DNA of 63,993 nt, filler included, from Octopus bimaculoides (lineage: Eukaryota): the NCBI RefSeq assembly GCF_001194135.2. It is 4 parts of 3 records of this genome, joined end to end, with 100 filler letters (N's around TTAATTAATTAA, not from the genome) between each part and the next. Parts side by side here need not be neighbours in the genome. Positions count along the whole stretch, not along the records: positions 19,177 to 46,891 come from NC_069006.1; 3 more parts are not named here. One strand, 5' to 3'. The notes beneath the pieces were generated by a model, which was not told the origin of the DNA, made no database searches, and saw nothing but the letters and a program-made list of their open reading frames with translations. Position numbers and translations under genes: made by a program. How positions within the stretch are numbered: the first letter of the stretch is position 1; every line of letters begins with the position of its first letter. Positions 27,560 through 39,722 of this stretch are shown here, piece by piece.

Positions 27560-29033
27560 ATGAGCGTCTACCCGTTTGCCGTCCCCAAGGGAATCAAGCT
27601 TTTGTGCGAGCTCTGCCAAAAGTCTGCCAACCTCGTCTGCACTAATTGTAAAGTGACTTATTATTGGTAAGAGGCCTTTTTTGTTGCTTTTTAATGTATT
27701 GGGGTGGGGTGGGGTGGCTTTTTGTTTGTTTCGGTTAGTTATGTTTTTCGTTTGTTTGTTTGTTTATGTGTTGTTGTGGTTGTTGTTCTTATTGTTGTTG
27801 TTATATTTCCCAGTTGTTCCGGCCACCAAACGTCGGACAAGGAGAGTGTCCATTCTTGTATCTGTGACAATCTCGCCAAAGTCAGACAACCTGAGAAATA
27901 TGGAATTTCCGAAGAACAACGTCAAAAACGCAAAGAAGAAATTCGGCAGCTGAATGTCAGTCTCCCAACTCTTCTATTAATTCTTAGTTTTTTTTCCAGC
28001 AGCCCCTCTTAAGAATTTTCCATTGCTCAATAAACTATGGTAATTACAGGTACCACTAACACACTAGTCACTGAGTTGCAGAGTTTATTTTATTTATTTA
28101 TCTATTTATGTTCACAGATTGAGATAATTCAAACTGCCACCACTAGAGCGCACCACCTGTTGTTTCAAGGATTACACGAACAGGCCCTGCCCGCAGCCTT
28201 GCATTCGGTTAAATTTTGTATGGAAATTTATGGACCGCAAAGTATTGAACTCATTCCTTCCTACCTCTGTCTTGGAGAGGCTTGTATTGGTAGGTATTTC
28301 TACCACTCAGTCTACCTAGTCATCATCATCATCATCATCATCATCATCGTATAATGTCTGTTTTCCATGTTGGCATGGGTTGGACGGTTTGACTAAAGCT
28401 GGTAGGCTAGAGAGTCGCTCCAGGTTCCAGTCTGACTTGGCCTGGTTTCTGCGGCTGGATGTCTTTCTTAATGCCGACTACTTTACCGTGTGAGCAAGGT
28501 ATTTTTAACAAGGAACTGTGTGAGCACTTCAACGTGGCACCGGCATGAGTGCCGTGTCCATGGCACTGGCACAAAACTCTTGCAGGCCAATCTTCCTTCC
28601 AGAAGGAATGGCCTTCATACTTCTGCTGTGTCGGACGGGTCTTCTTGAGTACAGCAAAGGGCCAGGTATCCTGGTCCTTCGTCATTTTTGTCTCAAAGGT
28701 TCAGTGTCCTGAGGATGTCCTTCAGGACTTCGTCCCATCATGTGTGTATGTATTCTTGTTTGTATTTTTCAGTTTATGATTTTCCCTCCACTCTTTCCAC
28801 CCTCCCCCACATTCGCAGTCTTTATTTATATTTTTTCTACTGTCATATCTACAATATTAAACACAGCCCCACTCCATACCCTACCCCACTGAAAATCTTA
28901 ACACAAAACCTATTTTGGCTTTACATTCTCTCTCTCTCGCACACACTCACACTCTATCATTCTCACTCACACACACACTATTTCTATGTCTGTCTTTCTA
29001 TCTTACTGTCTGCCTCGCTATCTACCTACCTAC

Positions 29034-29092
<59 letters not shown>

Positions 29093-32009
29093 CCTGTCTA
29101 TTTATCTATCTATCTATCTATCTATCTAACTACCTGTCTATCTATCTATCTACAAAGACCTTTCCAACTGTTTCAGGTTTAGGAAGACTTGCTGATGCCG
29201 AGCAGTATCTCTCTCAAGCAAACTGGATTGCTTTGACAAACCCCAAGTGTCCCAGTTCCATCTTGTACAACCTTCATCGCAATCTCGGCCTACTCTATGC
29301 TGCCAAAGGGGATTATGCAGAAGCTGCTCGTCATTTTGCTGATGATGTAAGTGAAATACTATGCTTGGCTTTCAATTTAGTTGGCTTTCCACTCGAGAAG
29401 GGCTCTCATTGAAGTCTTGAGTGGGAGTGAGAGGACAGGTGCAAAAGGTAAGGATGACCAATCAAGATCTGATTGAGGACCCCCATTTACTGTGGTCCCG
29501 AGCCATGTCTTTAACCTGTTCCAAAATAAATTCATAGCCCTAAACACCAGAAAAGAGGTTTTATTTTACTATGCCAAATAAATTTGAGCCTCTATTTAAA
29601 TTTAAGCCTTTATTTAAATTTCAGCCCCCACCTAAATTTAAGTCTCCACCTTAATTTGAGCCTCTATTTACATTTGAGTCTCCACCTAAATTTGAGCCAC
29701 AATCTAAATTTAAATTCCTCTCTTAATTTAAAACTTCCACCTAAATCTGTTCCTGTCATTCTCCTCTTCTAATGCCATTATCTTCATCCCAATCTCCTTC
29801 CAGTCTTTGACTTCATTTTTGGTTTTATTTCTTTCCTCTTTAGATTTACCATGCATCAGAAGAATATGGCACAGATTCCTTGAAAACATCCGGGGGTTAC
29901 TACCACATGGCCAATGTTTTCTTCCGACAGAGCAAAATGGATATTGCAATGTCACTCTACAGACAGGTTTTTATCATTTTAATTATCAATTAATTGTCTT
30001 CTTCTTTAATCCAAAATACAATTCAGAGGTGAGGGGCAAGAACTTGGGACTTACTGTGCATCCTAAAGCTTTCTTTTTCTTTTATTATTACAACAATATT
30101 CCAATAGTGTAAAGGTGCGTGGCCTAGTGGTTAGGAGGTTGTGCTCATGATTGCATGATCATGGTTTCAATTTCCAGACTGGGTGGTGCATTGTGTTCTT
30201 GAGCAAGACACTTCATTTCCCATTGCTCCAGTCCACTCAGCTGGCAAAAAGGAGTAATCCTGTGAACCGTCCACATGGGGAATATATACGTCCCAGAAAC
30301 TGGGAAACTAGCCCTGTAAGCCTATATGATTTGGGAAGGAACTTTGCTGTACTTTAATCACTGGATCAGGATTAGGGGAATATATTTAATTACAAAGAAA
30401 CAAAGATAAGGATAAAAAAAAAGGGGGAGAGATAAAGCATCAAAAGATGTGGGAGCAAGTACACTCCAGAACAAATGGCACAGTCAGCTGTGCCCTGTGG
30501 ACATGACCATGATGGTGTTGCCATGGAGAATGACCAGTGATACTCAATGCAGTAGCCATCCCACCTTTTGTGGCTCATTTCTCAGATGGGCCACAGTTAT
30601 TCTGACCTCATGGAGGAAATCTGGAGTACGGATTCCAAGAAAACCTGAAGTTTTGAATGCAAGTGACACAAAGCAGCTGGTCAGTCTCCTATATCTAATT
30701 ATTTCTCTCTCCTTTTACTGTTTTAATTTCAAAACTAATCAATTTAATTATAATTTATAAATTTAAAACTAATCAAAGACACATTCAATGTTTTATGATT
30801 GTTGAAGGTGACCAAAATTTGGCACAACTACTTGTTAGAAATTGCTTCCGACAAGATAAAGAAATTGTCCAGTCCCAAGACATTAGCAGCTGTTAATCTA
30901 ACATCAGAACACAGAACCGGACTCGGTGAGTGAAGGGAATGAATGGCATTCCTTTATCGAATTGATAGTCTGAAGAATAAGAGGAAAGAGTGCATGGCCC
31001 AATGGTGGTGGTGGTCGTCGTGGCAGTGATGGGATGAGGGGTGGGTTATTGCAGCAGTGACGGTGGTGGTAGGGATAGTAGAAATAGTGATGGTGGTGGT
31101 GATGATGATGATGGCAAGGGCAGTAGTGGTGGTAGCAGCAGCAATGGAGGTGGAGGTAGCGGCAGTGATGGTGCTGTGTGGTTGTGGTGCTAGTGCCGAT
31201 GTTGGTGGCGACAATGGTGGCGGTCGCGTTTGTGGGGGGGGGGGGGTAATAGTGGTGATGATCATAGTAGTGTCAGTGATAGCAGCAGCAGCAGCAGCAA
31301 GGGTGATTGTTTTAGTGGTGGTGGCCAGTAGTTGACTGGGTTTGTACAGTTTATGCTGTGTTCCATTTGCAGAAAACCAAAGGGACAGCCTGTACGTGGG
31401 CCAGGATTAGGGTTAAGGTTAGCGTAATGAAATTTTGAATGGATCTGTCTCGTTTCTGCAGAAAAAAAGGGTTAATTTTGTTTATTGTTAATTTTCTTCA
31501 TTGTGACAGATGAAACAGATGAAGCAGAAGGTATCCAGGTTTTGAGTACCATTTTCGATATCTGGGAATCTAGCCACAAGAAACACTCAAAAGATTTAGC
31601 TGAGTCCAGCCTTGCATTAGCCATGTTGTTCTACTGCCTCGAACAATATGACAAGGTAAGACGTGGTTATTTCCCTTTGACGTTTCAGGTCTGAAGGAGA
31701 CAAAATGATAATAATAATAATTATTATTATTATTCCTACCACACATCCATATACACAATTATTTCTTTTTACCCAAAATTACAATAGAATCAATTGATTT
31801 AGATATAGACATAGTAAGTTGAGAGATTTTGTTCCATTGTAAACCAAAGGTGGGTAGTTTTAGACAGGTTAGTTAATAAGATTTCCAAATCTGTTTTCTG
31901 ATTGCAGGCAAAGAAATTCTGCAACAAGGCATACCAAGTTTGCGAAGACAAAGAATATACTGAGATCATCCTTAAGTTTCTGAATTCCAGTAAAGAACTC
32001 TCTCCATAA
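27560..32009 (+). CDS. ZMYND12: Zinc finger MYND domain-containing protein 12 (axonemal inner dynein arm-associated, Chlamydomonas p38 family), complete, 359 aa
   Basis: 8 exons: 27560-27666, 27814-27955, 28118-28289, 29177-29346, 29844-29966, 30808-30925, 31510-31655, 31908-32009 (1080 nt, ATG to TAA, all GT-AG, phases consistent). Motifs YPFAVPKGIKLLCELC..VCTNCKVTYYC...H, ALPAAL, LIPSYLCLGEA, LHRNLGLLY, TSGGYYHMANVF and DETDEAEGIQVL match the ZMYND12 sequence as I recall it. Confidence 0.93.
29580..29745. repeat. Degenerate 18-bp minisatellite (about 9 units, ATTTGAGCCTCCACCTAA-like) in ZMYND12 intron 4
   Basis: Tandem units read directly from the sequence. Confidence 0.75.
30105..30340 (+). 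mobile_element. tRNA-headed SINE family D; body/3' part also at about 19500-19820
   Basis: GGCCTAGTGGTTAGG...GGTTTCAATTTCCAGACTG head, then TTGTGTTCTTGAGCAAGACACTT shared with the 19500 copy. Confidence 0.6.
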
Positions 32010-32017
32010 TTTGTTCA

Positions 32018-32295
32018 CCATTGAACAATTCCTATCATAGTAGGTGCATTAGGTATGATAAAAAAATATTCAGACGAATTCATAACAAAAACACCAGGAC
32101 TAACAAGAATATATAACATACAGAAAATAGCACCACTAGGCACCGCACACATCCTACGTAAAACACTTTCAATACATTGAAAATAAGAGCATCACAACAA
32201 ACCACAGCACATGCCCAAGGCACACAGAGCTGTGCTCGGTAGTGTAGTGAAAGCACATGATAAGAATAAGACGACTGAATAATAATAATAATAAT
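32018..32295 (+). mobile_element. 3' fragment of an RLE-type non-LTR retrotransposon directly after the ZMYND12 stop
   Basis: IPIIVGALGMIKKYSDEFITKTPGLTRIYNIQKIAPLGTAHILRKTLSI*, then a short 3' UTR and (AAT)n. Confidence 0.8.
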
Positions 32296-32646
32296 GATAG
32301 TAATAATCTTTTCTACTTTAGGCACAAGGCCTGAAGTTTGGGGGAGGGGACAAGTCGATTACATCGATCCCAGAATTTCATTGATATTTAATTTATCACA
32401 GGTAAGTACCGCACATACATTACATGAAGTACATTCAATACAGCAAAAATAACACAACACGAACAAAACACTGTATTTAACCAAGGCACACAAAGCTGAT
32501 GACAATAATAATGATGATGATGTTGATGATGAATATTTTTGGAATAGATTAAAACAAAAACAAAAACACCGTGTTAAATTTGATTCTTGATTTTATTGTT
32601 TTATGCAGATATTTTTCAAGGGACTTTTAGCGGTTTATTGCATTAT

Positions 32647-34505
32647 TTAAACTCCTTTAGTTCCACATGGTGGTGCAATCAAATTCGGCCAATCACAAGC
32701 TTCTTTTGTTGGATCAAAGAACAAAGCTGTGAAGAGACAAAAAAGAGAAAGAAAGAAAACTGTTAAGTGATGTAATCTTACATATGTAACATAGTGAGCT
32801 CATTCCCCCTAACTACTACTACTACTACCACCATCACTACTATTAGTACTGCTGCTACTACTACCACCGCCACCACCACCACCACCACTACTACAACTGG
32901 AATAACCAGATTTAATTTCACAGTGAAAAGGGTTAGACTTACAAGCAGGACATTTCACATAACCATGGAACTTGTCCCGTAAACAGGAATAATAGAATTT
33001 ACAACTGCGACTGTAGTCAGGGTAGTTGCCATCCCATAATCCTGTGCAGTTTGGGGCTGTACCACATGGTGGGTCCACTTTATCAAGGCTGCAAAAAAAA
33101 AGAAACAGAAAAAAAAGTAAAGTTCGTCGTAACTCTGAGTGGTCGTTAAATAGGTAGGTCGTTAAATGAGGACAGTCTGTATATATATATAAACACTATG
33201 CTCATTATTATATTAGGTGACATACAAATGTACGTACGTACATACATATTATGAGTTCCAATGTAGTTTTCATCAACAAAATGTCATTCTTATGGTATGT
33301 GTTAATCCAGACACTTTCAGAGGGATTGAACTTTGAACCAATGTTTTTGTAAAGCAAGCTTCTTAACCATACAGCCACAGCTACATTCACACTTTACAAC
33401 AATACATACTATATATAAAATACACATGAAATATATACTTACTAATCACAATACATATAGAGCTTATTTACCACAAGATCATGAGGACAGGATATGTTTA
33501 CAGTTTTACCATCTTTGCAGCGATAGAACCATCTGCATCCTCCGATGTATAAACCATTCTGTTTGTTTATACAAAGAGTACTCTGGTTACCCTTTTCAGG
33601 AGAAACTGTTGCTTGATTTTGTTCAGGTAGATGTGTGGTAAAACTGGTGCTTTGAGCTGAAATTTTATAGAAACAATTTGGGTAAAATTAAAATGTTTAT
33701 TTGAATATTAAGGGGGAAAAACGAAAAATGTTAGCAGTGAGAGAAAATTTTTAAAAATTGTCTGAAATATCAATTTCAAATGTTGGTACAAGAGCAGAAA
33801 TTATTAGGGGAAGAGTAAGTTGATTACAGTGACCCCAGTATTCAACTGGTACTTATTGACCCTGAAAAGAAAAAAGGAAAAGTCGACCCTCGGTAGAATT
33901 TGAACTCAGAACGTAAAGTTGGATGAGGTTCCGTTTAGCAGTTTGCCTGGTATGCTATCAGTACTGCCAAGAATTGTCTAAAATATCAAAATTAAAACTA
34001 GAGGGTGAATAGGGGACCCATGCCAGTTGTGAGCTGTCAGGACACTGACCCCTTCACAAATTCCATGCTTCCTGATATTCACCAACTCTATTCCCGATGT
34101 GTCTTTGTGCCTTTTCCTTTTTGTCGCTCCTTTAATGTTCACTTTTCGGTCTTCTTCTGTTTTATTCTGTGTGCTGTGCATCTACTATTTGCCTTTCATT
34201 GCTGTCTTTCTTGCTAATTGTGTGGATTTATATATATGTGTATTTTCTCATAACATGTGCCTGATGTAATCTTAAGTCCTGAATTTATATCGAAATTATT
34301 AAAGTTTTCAGACGATTACGAAAAAAACAGGAACAACAAAAAAAACCTCCATCCTTTTATGAGATACTTTTTTGTACAAAACTACCCCCAAATCTTCTTA
34401 AACTGTAAAAATTATTAGAAAAAGAAAAGAAAAATCCAAAATGTCCTTACCGAAAATACAACTGAAGAAAATTCCCAAAGTTAAAATGACAACTGGAACT
34501 TTCAT
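32647..34505 (-). CDS. Secreted peritrophin-like protein with two CBM14 (ChtBD2) chitin-binding domains, complete, 164 aa
   Basis: Exons 34505-34451, 33656-33443, 33088-32943, 32726-32647 (495 nt, GT-AG, phases 1/2/1). Protein: MKVPVVILTLGIFFSCIFA QSTSFTTHLPEQNQATVSPEKGNQSTL CINKQNGLYIGGCRWFYRCKDGKTVNISCPHDLVVNKLYMYCDYLDKVDPPCGT APN CTGLWDGNYPDYSRSCKFYYSCLRDKFHGYVKCPASLFFDPTKEACDWPNLIAPPCGTKGV*. Hydrophobic signal peptide, two 6-Cys domains. AATAAA on - at 32634-32639 and 32592-32597. Confidence 0.9.
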
Positions 34506-36036
34506 GGTTCTTTTATAGCAGAAAATTTCTGATAAAATCTATTCTTCTAATTACTGGAATCGTCCCCTTAGAACTCCTTGCAATACAGCGCTACCATCAA
34601 TAGTGTTAACATCCAAACTATGATATTTCTCTGTTGACAACTTTTCCTGAAACAACATTCCTGGATGTGGATTAAAATAAATTCCTTGCGGTAGATTAAC
34701 ACAGGAATGGTAATCTCTTTAAACATACACAGTTTGTAAAGTTAATTAACCTCAGGTTCAGCTTTTTAAGGTGAAGTTTCAATGTCACAGAGAAAGATGG
34801 ATGAAAAGGAAAATAATTTAATCTTTCTTTAAATATTTGTAGAAAAACATTTGGTTTTGTTTTCTTTTTTCTTTTTATCATGTAAAATATTTTATTTTTT
34901 TACCTGTTTCTGTCATTGGATTGTGGCCATGCTGGGGCACTGCCTTGAAGAGTTTTTTGATGAGAAAATCAACCCCAGTACTTTTTTTAAGCCTGGTACT
35001 TATTCTATCAGTCTCTTTTGCTGAATTGCTATGTTACAGAGACATAAACAAAGCAACACTGGTTGTCAAGTGGTAAAGAAAGCTTTTTAATCACACAGCC
35101 ATGCCCCTCCCTTGTTGAAATTATATTTTGAAGTTGCTCCATTATAAAATAAAAACAAAAAAAGAATTTGTAGTCTTTTTGTAGGTCAGGTGGAAAATTG
35201 TGCTGGAATTCATTTTTGAAGTTGAAAACCAAAGATTAAATATTGTAACGATGTGTTTCTGTTTGTATAAGAAATAAATTTGCTTTGCAAGACAGGTCTT
35301 TCGCATTAGGAGAGAAATGTTTGTTGGGGAAATAGTAAATACATAAATACTTGGTAAATATCTAACAAATACAACCACAGAAGAGCAAATGTCATGTAGA
35401 TCAAAGAAATGTCAGCTTTGTTTGAGGGTAAATGACATTAAAAGTGAAGGTAGAGTACAAAAGTTCAAGTCCAGTTAGCAGCGGTTGAGTTGTTTTTTTT
35501 TTTCTTTTCTTTTTATTCATATTTTTTTGTATTCTGTCACTGGTTTCAGTCATTTGACTGTAGCCATGCTGGAGCACCACTTTTTGTTGAATGAATTGAC
35601 CCTAAGTGCAAGTGTGGCTGTGTGGTAAGAAGTTTACTTTCCTGCCACATGGTTCCAGGTTCAGTTCCAGTGCGTGGCACCTAGGCAAGTTTCTTCTATC
35701 AGCCTTGGACCGACTGAAGCCTTAAACTGGTGTGTGTGTATCCTCCACCAGCATTTGACAACCGGTGTTGGTGTGTTTACATCCCTGTCATTTAGCAGTC
35801 TGGCAAAAGAGACTGATAGAATAAGTACCAGGTTTAAAAGAAATAACTGGCTTGATTCATTTGACTAAAAAATTCTTCAAGGCTGAACCCCAGCATGGCC
35901 ACAGTCTAATGAGAGAAACAAGTGAAAGATAAAAAAAAAATAAGTAAACAAAAATTTTCAATTTCAAATATATTTGGAAATTTTATTGACAACATTGAGA
36001 TCCATAAATTCCAATCATGTTAATTTAATCAATTAG

Positions 36037-39000
36037 TTAATTAATTTTAAGTGGGTCAGCATCGATGTTTGAAACACAAACTTCAACTGTAAGTTCGCTC
36101 AGTAGGTTTTCCAACGAGATTTTCAACTGCGACAGGTAACCCCTTTCTGTGTTGCTGTGCTCACAGAGGAGCACCGAGGATCCATTATGGATTGCATCCA
36201 GTACATCATGATGGGACATCTCACCGGAGACATAGAGGTCAGCCCTGACACCCCTGAGGACAGTGGAGCCGGAACCAGCACACACAGCAACCGTCTTTAT
36301 GGTTTTATCGGCTGAAATGAGAGAAAGAAGAGAAACTTTTAGATTACAAAAGAATTTCAGTTAAATTTACACACAACAGGCACAGGTGTATATTAAGTGG
36401 CTCCGGCCCCTGAAAGGACCAGCTTGTATGTGCAGAAGACAGAGATTTTACTTAGTTTGATGTGTTTTATACCAAGTACACCAAATCACCACAACTCCCA
36501 GTCCCTTGTTATTTCCTTAGTGAGGCCCAGTATCTAAAGATCCTTTGTCCCATGTCTTTCTCAGTCAACTCCTTTCCACAGTTAGGGCTCGGCACTTCTT
36601 TTCACAGCTCTCCTCATCCATACAAACATACATATACTGCGTATAAGACATAAAGGGTCTTTCCTGTGATTATATATTTAATTGTTCTCATGAAAGAAGT
36701 GAAACAAAAAGAAAACACAAACAGCAAATGAGGGGGGGGGAATACAAAAAAAAGATGAGATTGAAAGAAGGAAAAAGGGAAAGAAATGATAAAGGGAGAA
36801 TTAGGGGAAAAAAGGGAAGGAAAGAAGAAAAGAAACTCACTGAAAGAGAATCCTGGTCCATGTGCTGTGGCTACTCGAAGATGGGGCAATTTGAGGTGTT
36901 TCTTGATAATTTCAATTGCTTCTGTCAAAGTAATACTAGTCTGGAGTTTAGCAATTCTACCGATTCCAGTATCTGGCATTGGAGGCTAGAATATTGGAAA
37001 GAAAATAATAATAATAATAGTAATAATAATAATAACAATCCTTTCTACTACAGGCACAAGGCCTGGAATTTGTTAAAGAGGAGACTAGTCGATTACATCA
37101 ACCCCAGTGCTTGACTGGTACTTATTTTATCAACCCCGAAACAGTGAAACGCAAAGTCGACTCTGGCAGCATTTGAACTCAGAACACAAAGACAGATGAA
37201 ATGCCACTAAGTATTTTTGTCCTGAGCAATAACGGTTCTGCCAGCTCAATAATAAATGCCCTGAAGCAGTCCCAGGCACAGGCTCTCATGGCTTCTGATC
37301 TTAACTGATTGGAAGTGTCATCATGGACATTGTTTTGTCTTGGTGTAAAAGATGGGCGACAGCAAATATTCTGCTTAATACCACAGATTTGCTTGTCAGT
37401 TGTTTGGCCTTAACCAGTTGAGCATGTCTCTTGGTGGCTGACGATATGTGCATCTCTGATCATGAGCAGAAGTAGTGGGGGAGCATCATAGTCATGTGTT
37501 GAAAGGGATTCTTTTGGGGAGGTTGAATAATTCATTCTTGGAAACATGGGTGTTTCGTTCATCATCTTTAAATAGCCCTTATTCAGGGACCTTTTGAACG
37601 ACATGGACTACTGAACATGAAGAAAATTCTAACTGGGCCCCACCTGCAAGGTCATGTGCTGTTTATCTTGGTCACCATTGTGCACACATATGGTTGTGAT
37701 GCATGTGCCTGGTGTACCCTTATCAGACGGGGAGTCATGATGGGTATATTGGGCTTCGTATATTTGTACCCCAGTGTCACTTTGATGGCATGCACTGCTC
37801 TCTCACTCAATAATAATAATAATAATAGTATATCTGTACCTTAGCAACTTCAGTGAAAACAGGGTCTTGTATAGAATGCGACTTCAAAATTTGGGCAATG
37901 GTTTGTAAAGAAGATTTCTTACACAAGAATGAAACAAAGAAACCATCTTCTCTGGCTGAATCACTGAAAAAAAATAAAGAAAAAGGAAAAAGATAAATAA
38001 GGAAATTATACAAAATTTAATTCTTTCTCATTNNNNNNNNNNNNNNNNNNNNNNNNNNNNNNNNNNNNNNNNNNNNNNNNNNNNNNNNNNNNNNNNNNNN
38101 NNNNNNNNNNNNNNNNNNNNNNNNNNNNNNNNNNNNNNNNNNNNNNNNNNNNNNNNNNNNNNNNNNNNNNNNNNNNNNNNNNNNNNNNNNNNNNNNNNNN
38201 NNNNNNNNNNNNNNNNNNNNNNNNNNNNNNNNNNNNNNNNNNNNNNNNNNNNNNNNNNNNNNNNNNNNNNNNNNNNNNNNNNNNNNNNNNNNNNNNNNNN
38301 NNNNNNNNNNNNNNNNNNNNNNNNNNNNNNNNNNNNNNNNNNNNNNNNNNNNNNNNNNNNNNNNNNNNNNNNNNNNNNNNNNNNNNNNNNNNNNNNNNNN
38401 NNNNNNNNNNNNNNNNNNNNNNNNNNNNNNNNNNNNNNNNNNNNNNNNNNNNNNNNNNNNNNNNNNNNNNNNNNNNNNNNNNNNNNNNNNNNNNNNNNNN
38501 NNNNNNNNNNNNNNNNNNNNNNNNNNNNNNNNNNNNNNNNNNNNNNNNNNNNNNNNNNNNNNNNNNNNNNNNNNNNNNNNNNNNNNNNNNNNNNNNNNNN
38601 NNNNNNNNNNNNNNNNNNNNNNNNNNNNNNNNNNNNNNNNNNNNNNNNNNNNNNNNNNNNNNNNNNNNNNNNNNNNNNNNNNNNNNNNNNNNNNNNNNNN
38701 NNNNNNNNNNNNNNNNNNNNNNNNNNNNNNNNNNNNNNNNNNNNNNNNNNNNNNNNNNNNNNNNNNNNNNNNNNNNNNNNNNNNNNNNNNNNNNNNNNNN
38801 NNNNNNNNNNNNNNNNNNNNNNNNNNNNNNNNNNNNNNNNNNNNNNNNNNNNNNNNNNNNNNNNNNNNNNNNNNNNNNNNNNCATCAAGACCTTGAAGCT
38901 ATGAGGTAATCCATAATGAACTCAAAAGAACGTGAATAGATATGTATTACATTTGACAGAATAATCTGAATGCTAAAGGATTAATGTATCTTTTAGCCAA

Positions 39001-39166
39001 GACAGAAGCACATTGCTCGTAATTCCTACATAGCAGCAGACCCCCAACCCTTTTTGCATCACAGACTGGTTTCGTGCAAAACAATTTTTCCACAGACCAG
39101 AGGATCAAGTGCATAACAAAACAATAAAGTACATAATATATAATTTAATCAGTACATAGACAGATC

Positions 39167-39208
<42 letters not shown>

Positions 39209-39722
39209 TTCATACTTTACCAAATGCACTGAGGAGCCAATCATTAACACCATTCTTCAAAGCATCGCAACTAGTGTGGGGGGAGTAGATGGCGATTCGA
39301 TTTTCAATGGCTCGGACGATTAATTTCTGCTTCCAGGAACTCTGGCAAAGTCGTTTTAAAGGACTGAAAATAGGAGGATGATAAGACAAAATAAAATTAG
39401 CCTTTAAGTCGATAGCTTCGTTTAATACTTCAGGAGTGAGATCGTTGGTGAGCAGTATTTTAGAGACATTGTGTGGTTGAGTTGGTTCAACTAACAATCC
39501 AACATTATCCCAACTCTCTGCAAGAGACGGCGGCATAAATTCATTGAACAAGGCCACTATTTTGGATAAGTTTCCTTTTTTGCTTGATGACATCTCCAAA
39601 GATGATAACGATTGCGAACACAAGTTTTTCTGGCAGATCGATGCGATCTTAGGCGGTATTTTAAGACGGCTAATTCGAAGGAAGAACCTGCTGTTGACAA
39701 CGACCCGCGACAGAAATGTCAT
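36037..39722 (-). CDS. NIF3L1: NIF3-like protein 1 (DUF34 / GTP cyclohydrolase 1 type 2 homolog family); one internal exon unsequenced
   Basis: Exons 39722-39221 (LAESWDNVGLLVEP, LLTNDLT, ILSYHPPIF, YSPHTSCDA, GVNDWL), 37963-37840, 36985-36841 (PPMPDTGIGR...IKKHLKL), 36311-36037 (VAVCAGSG, GEMSHHDVLDA, LCEHSNTERGYL, DPL*). The first exon ends in phase 1 and the next visible exon starts in phase 2, so an exon is missing, probably in gap 38033-38882. Confidence 0.93.
37265..37825 (+). mobile_element. Interspersed repeat ending CACTGCTCTCTCACTC(AAT)n, probably a LINE 3' region
   Basis: Related pieces at about 14520-14640 (-) and 56940-57020 (+); (AAT)n tail. Confidence 0.6.

Noticed and set aside
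34511-34517. TATAAAA just upstream of the CBM14 gene ATG
   Set aside because: Only 5 nt from the ATG, too close to be its TATA box.
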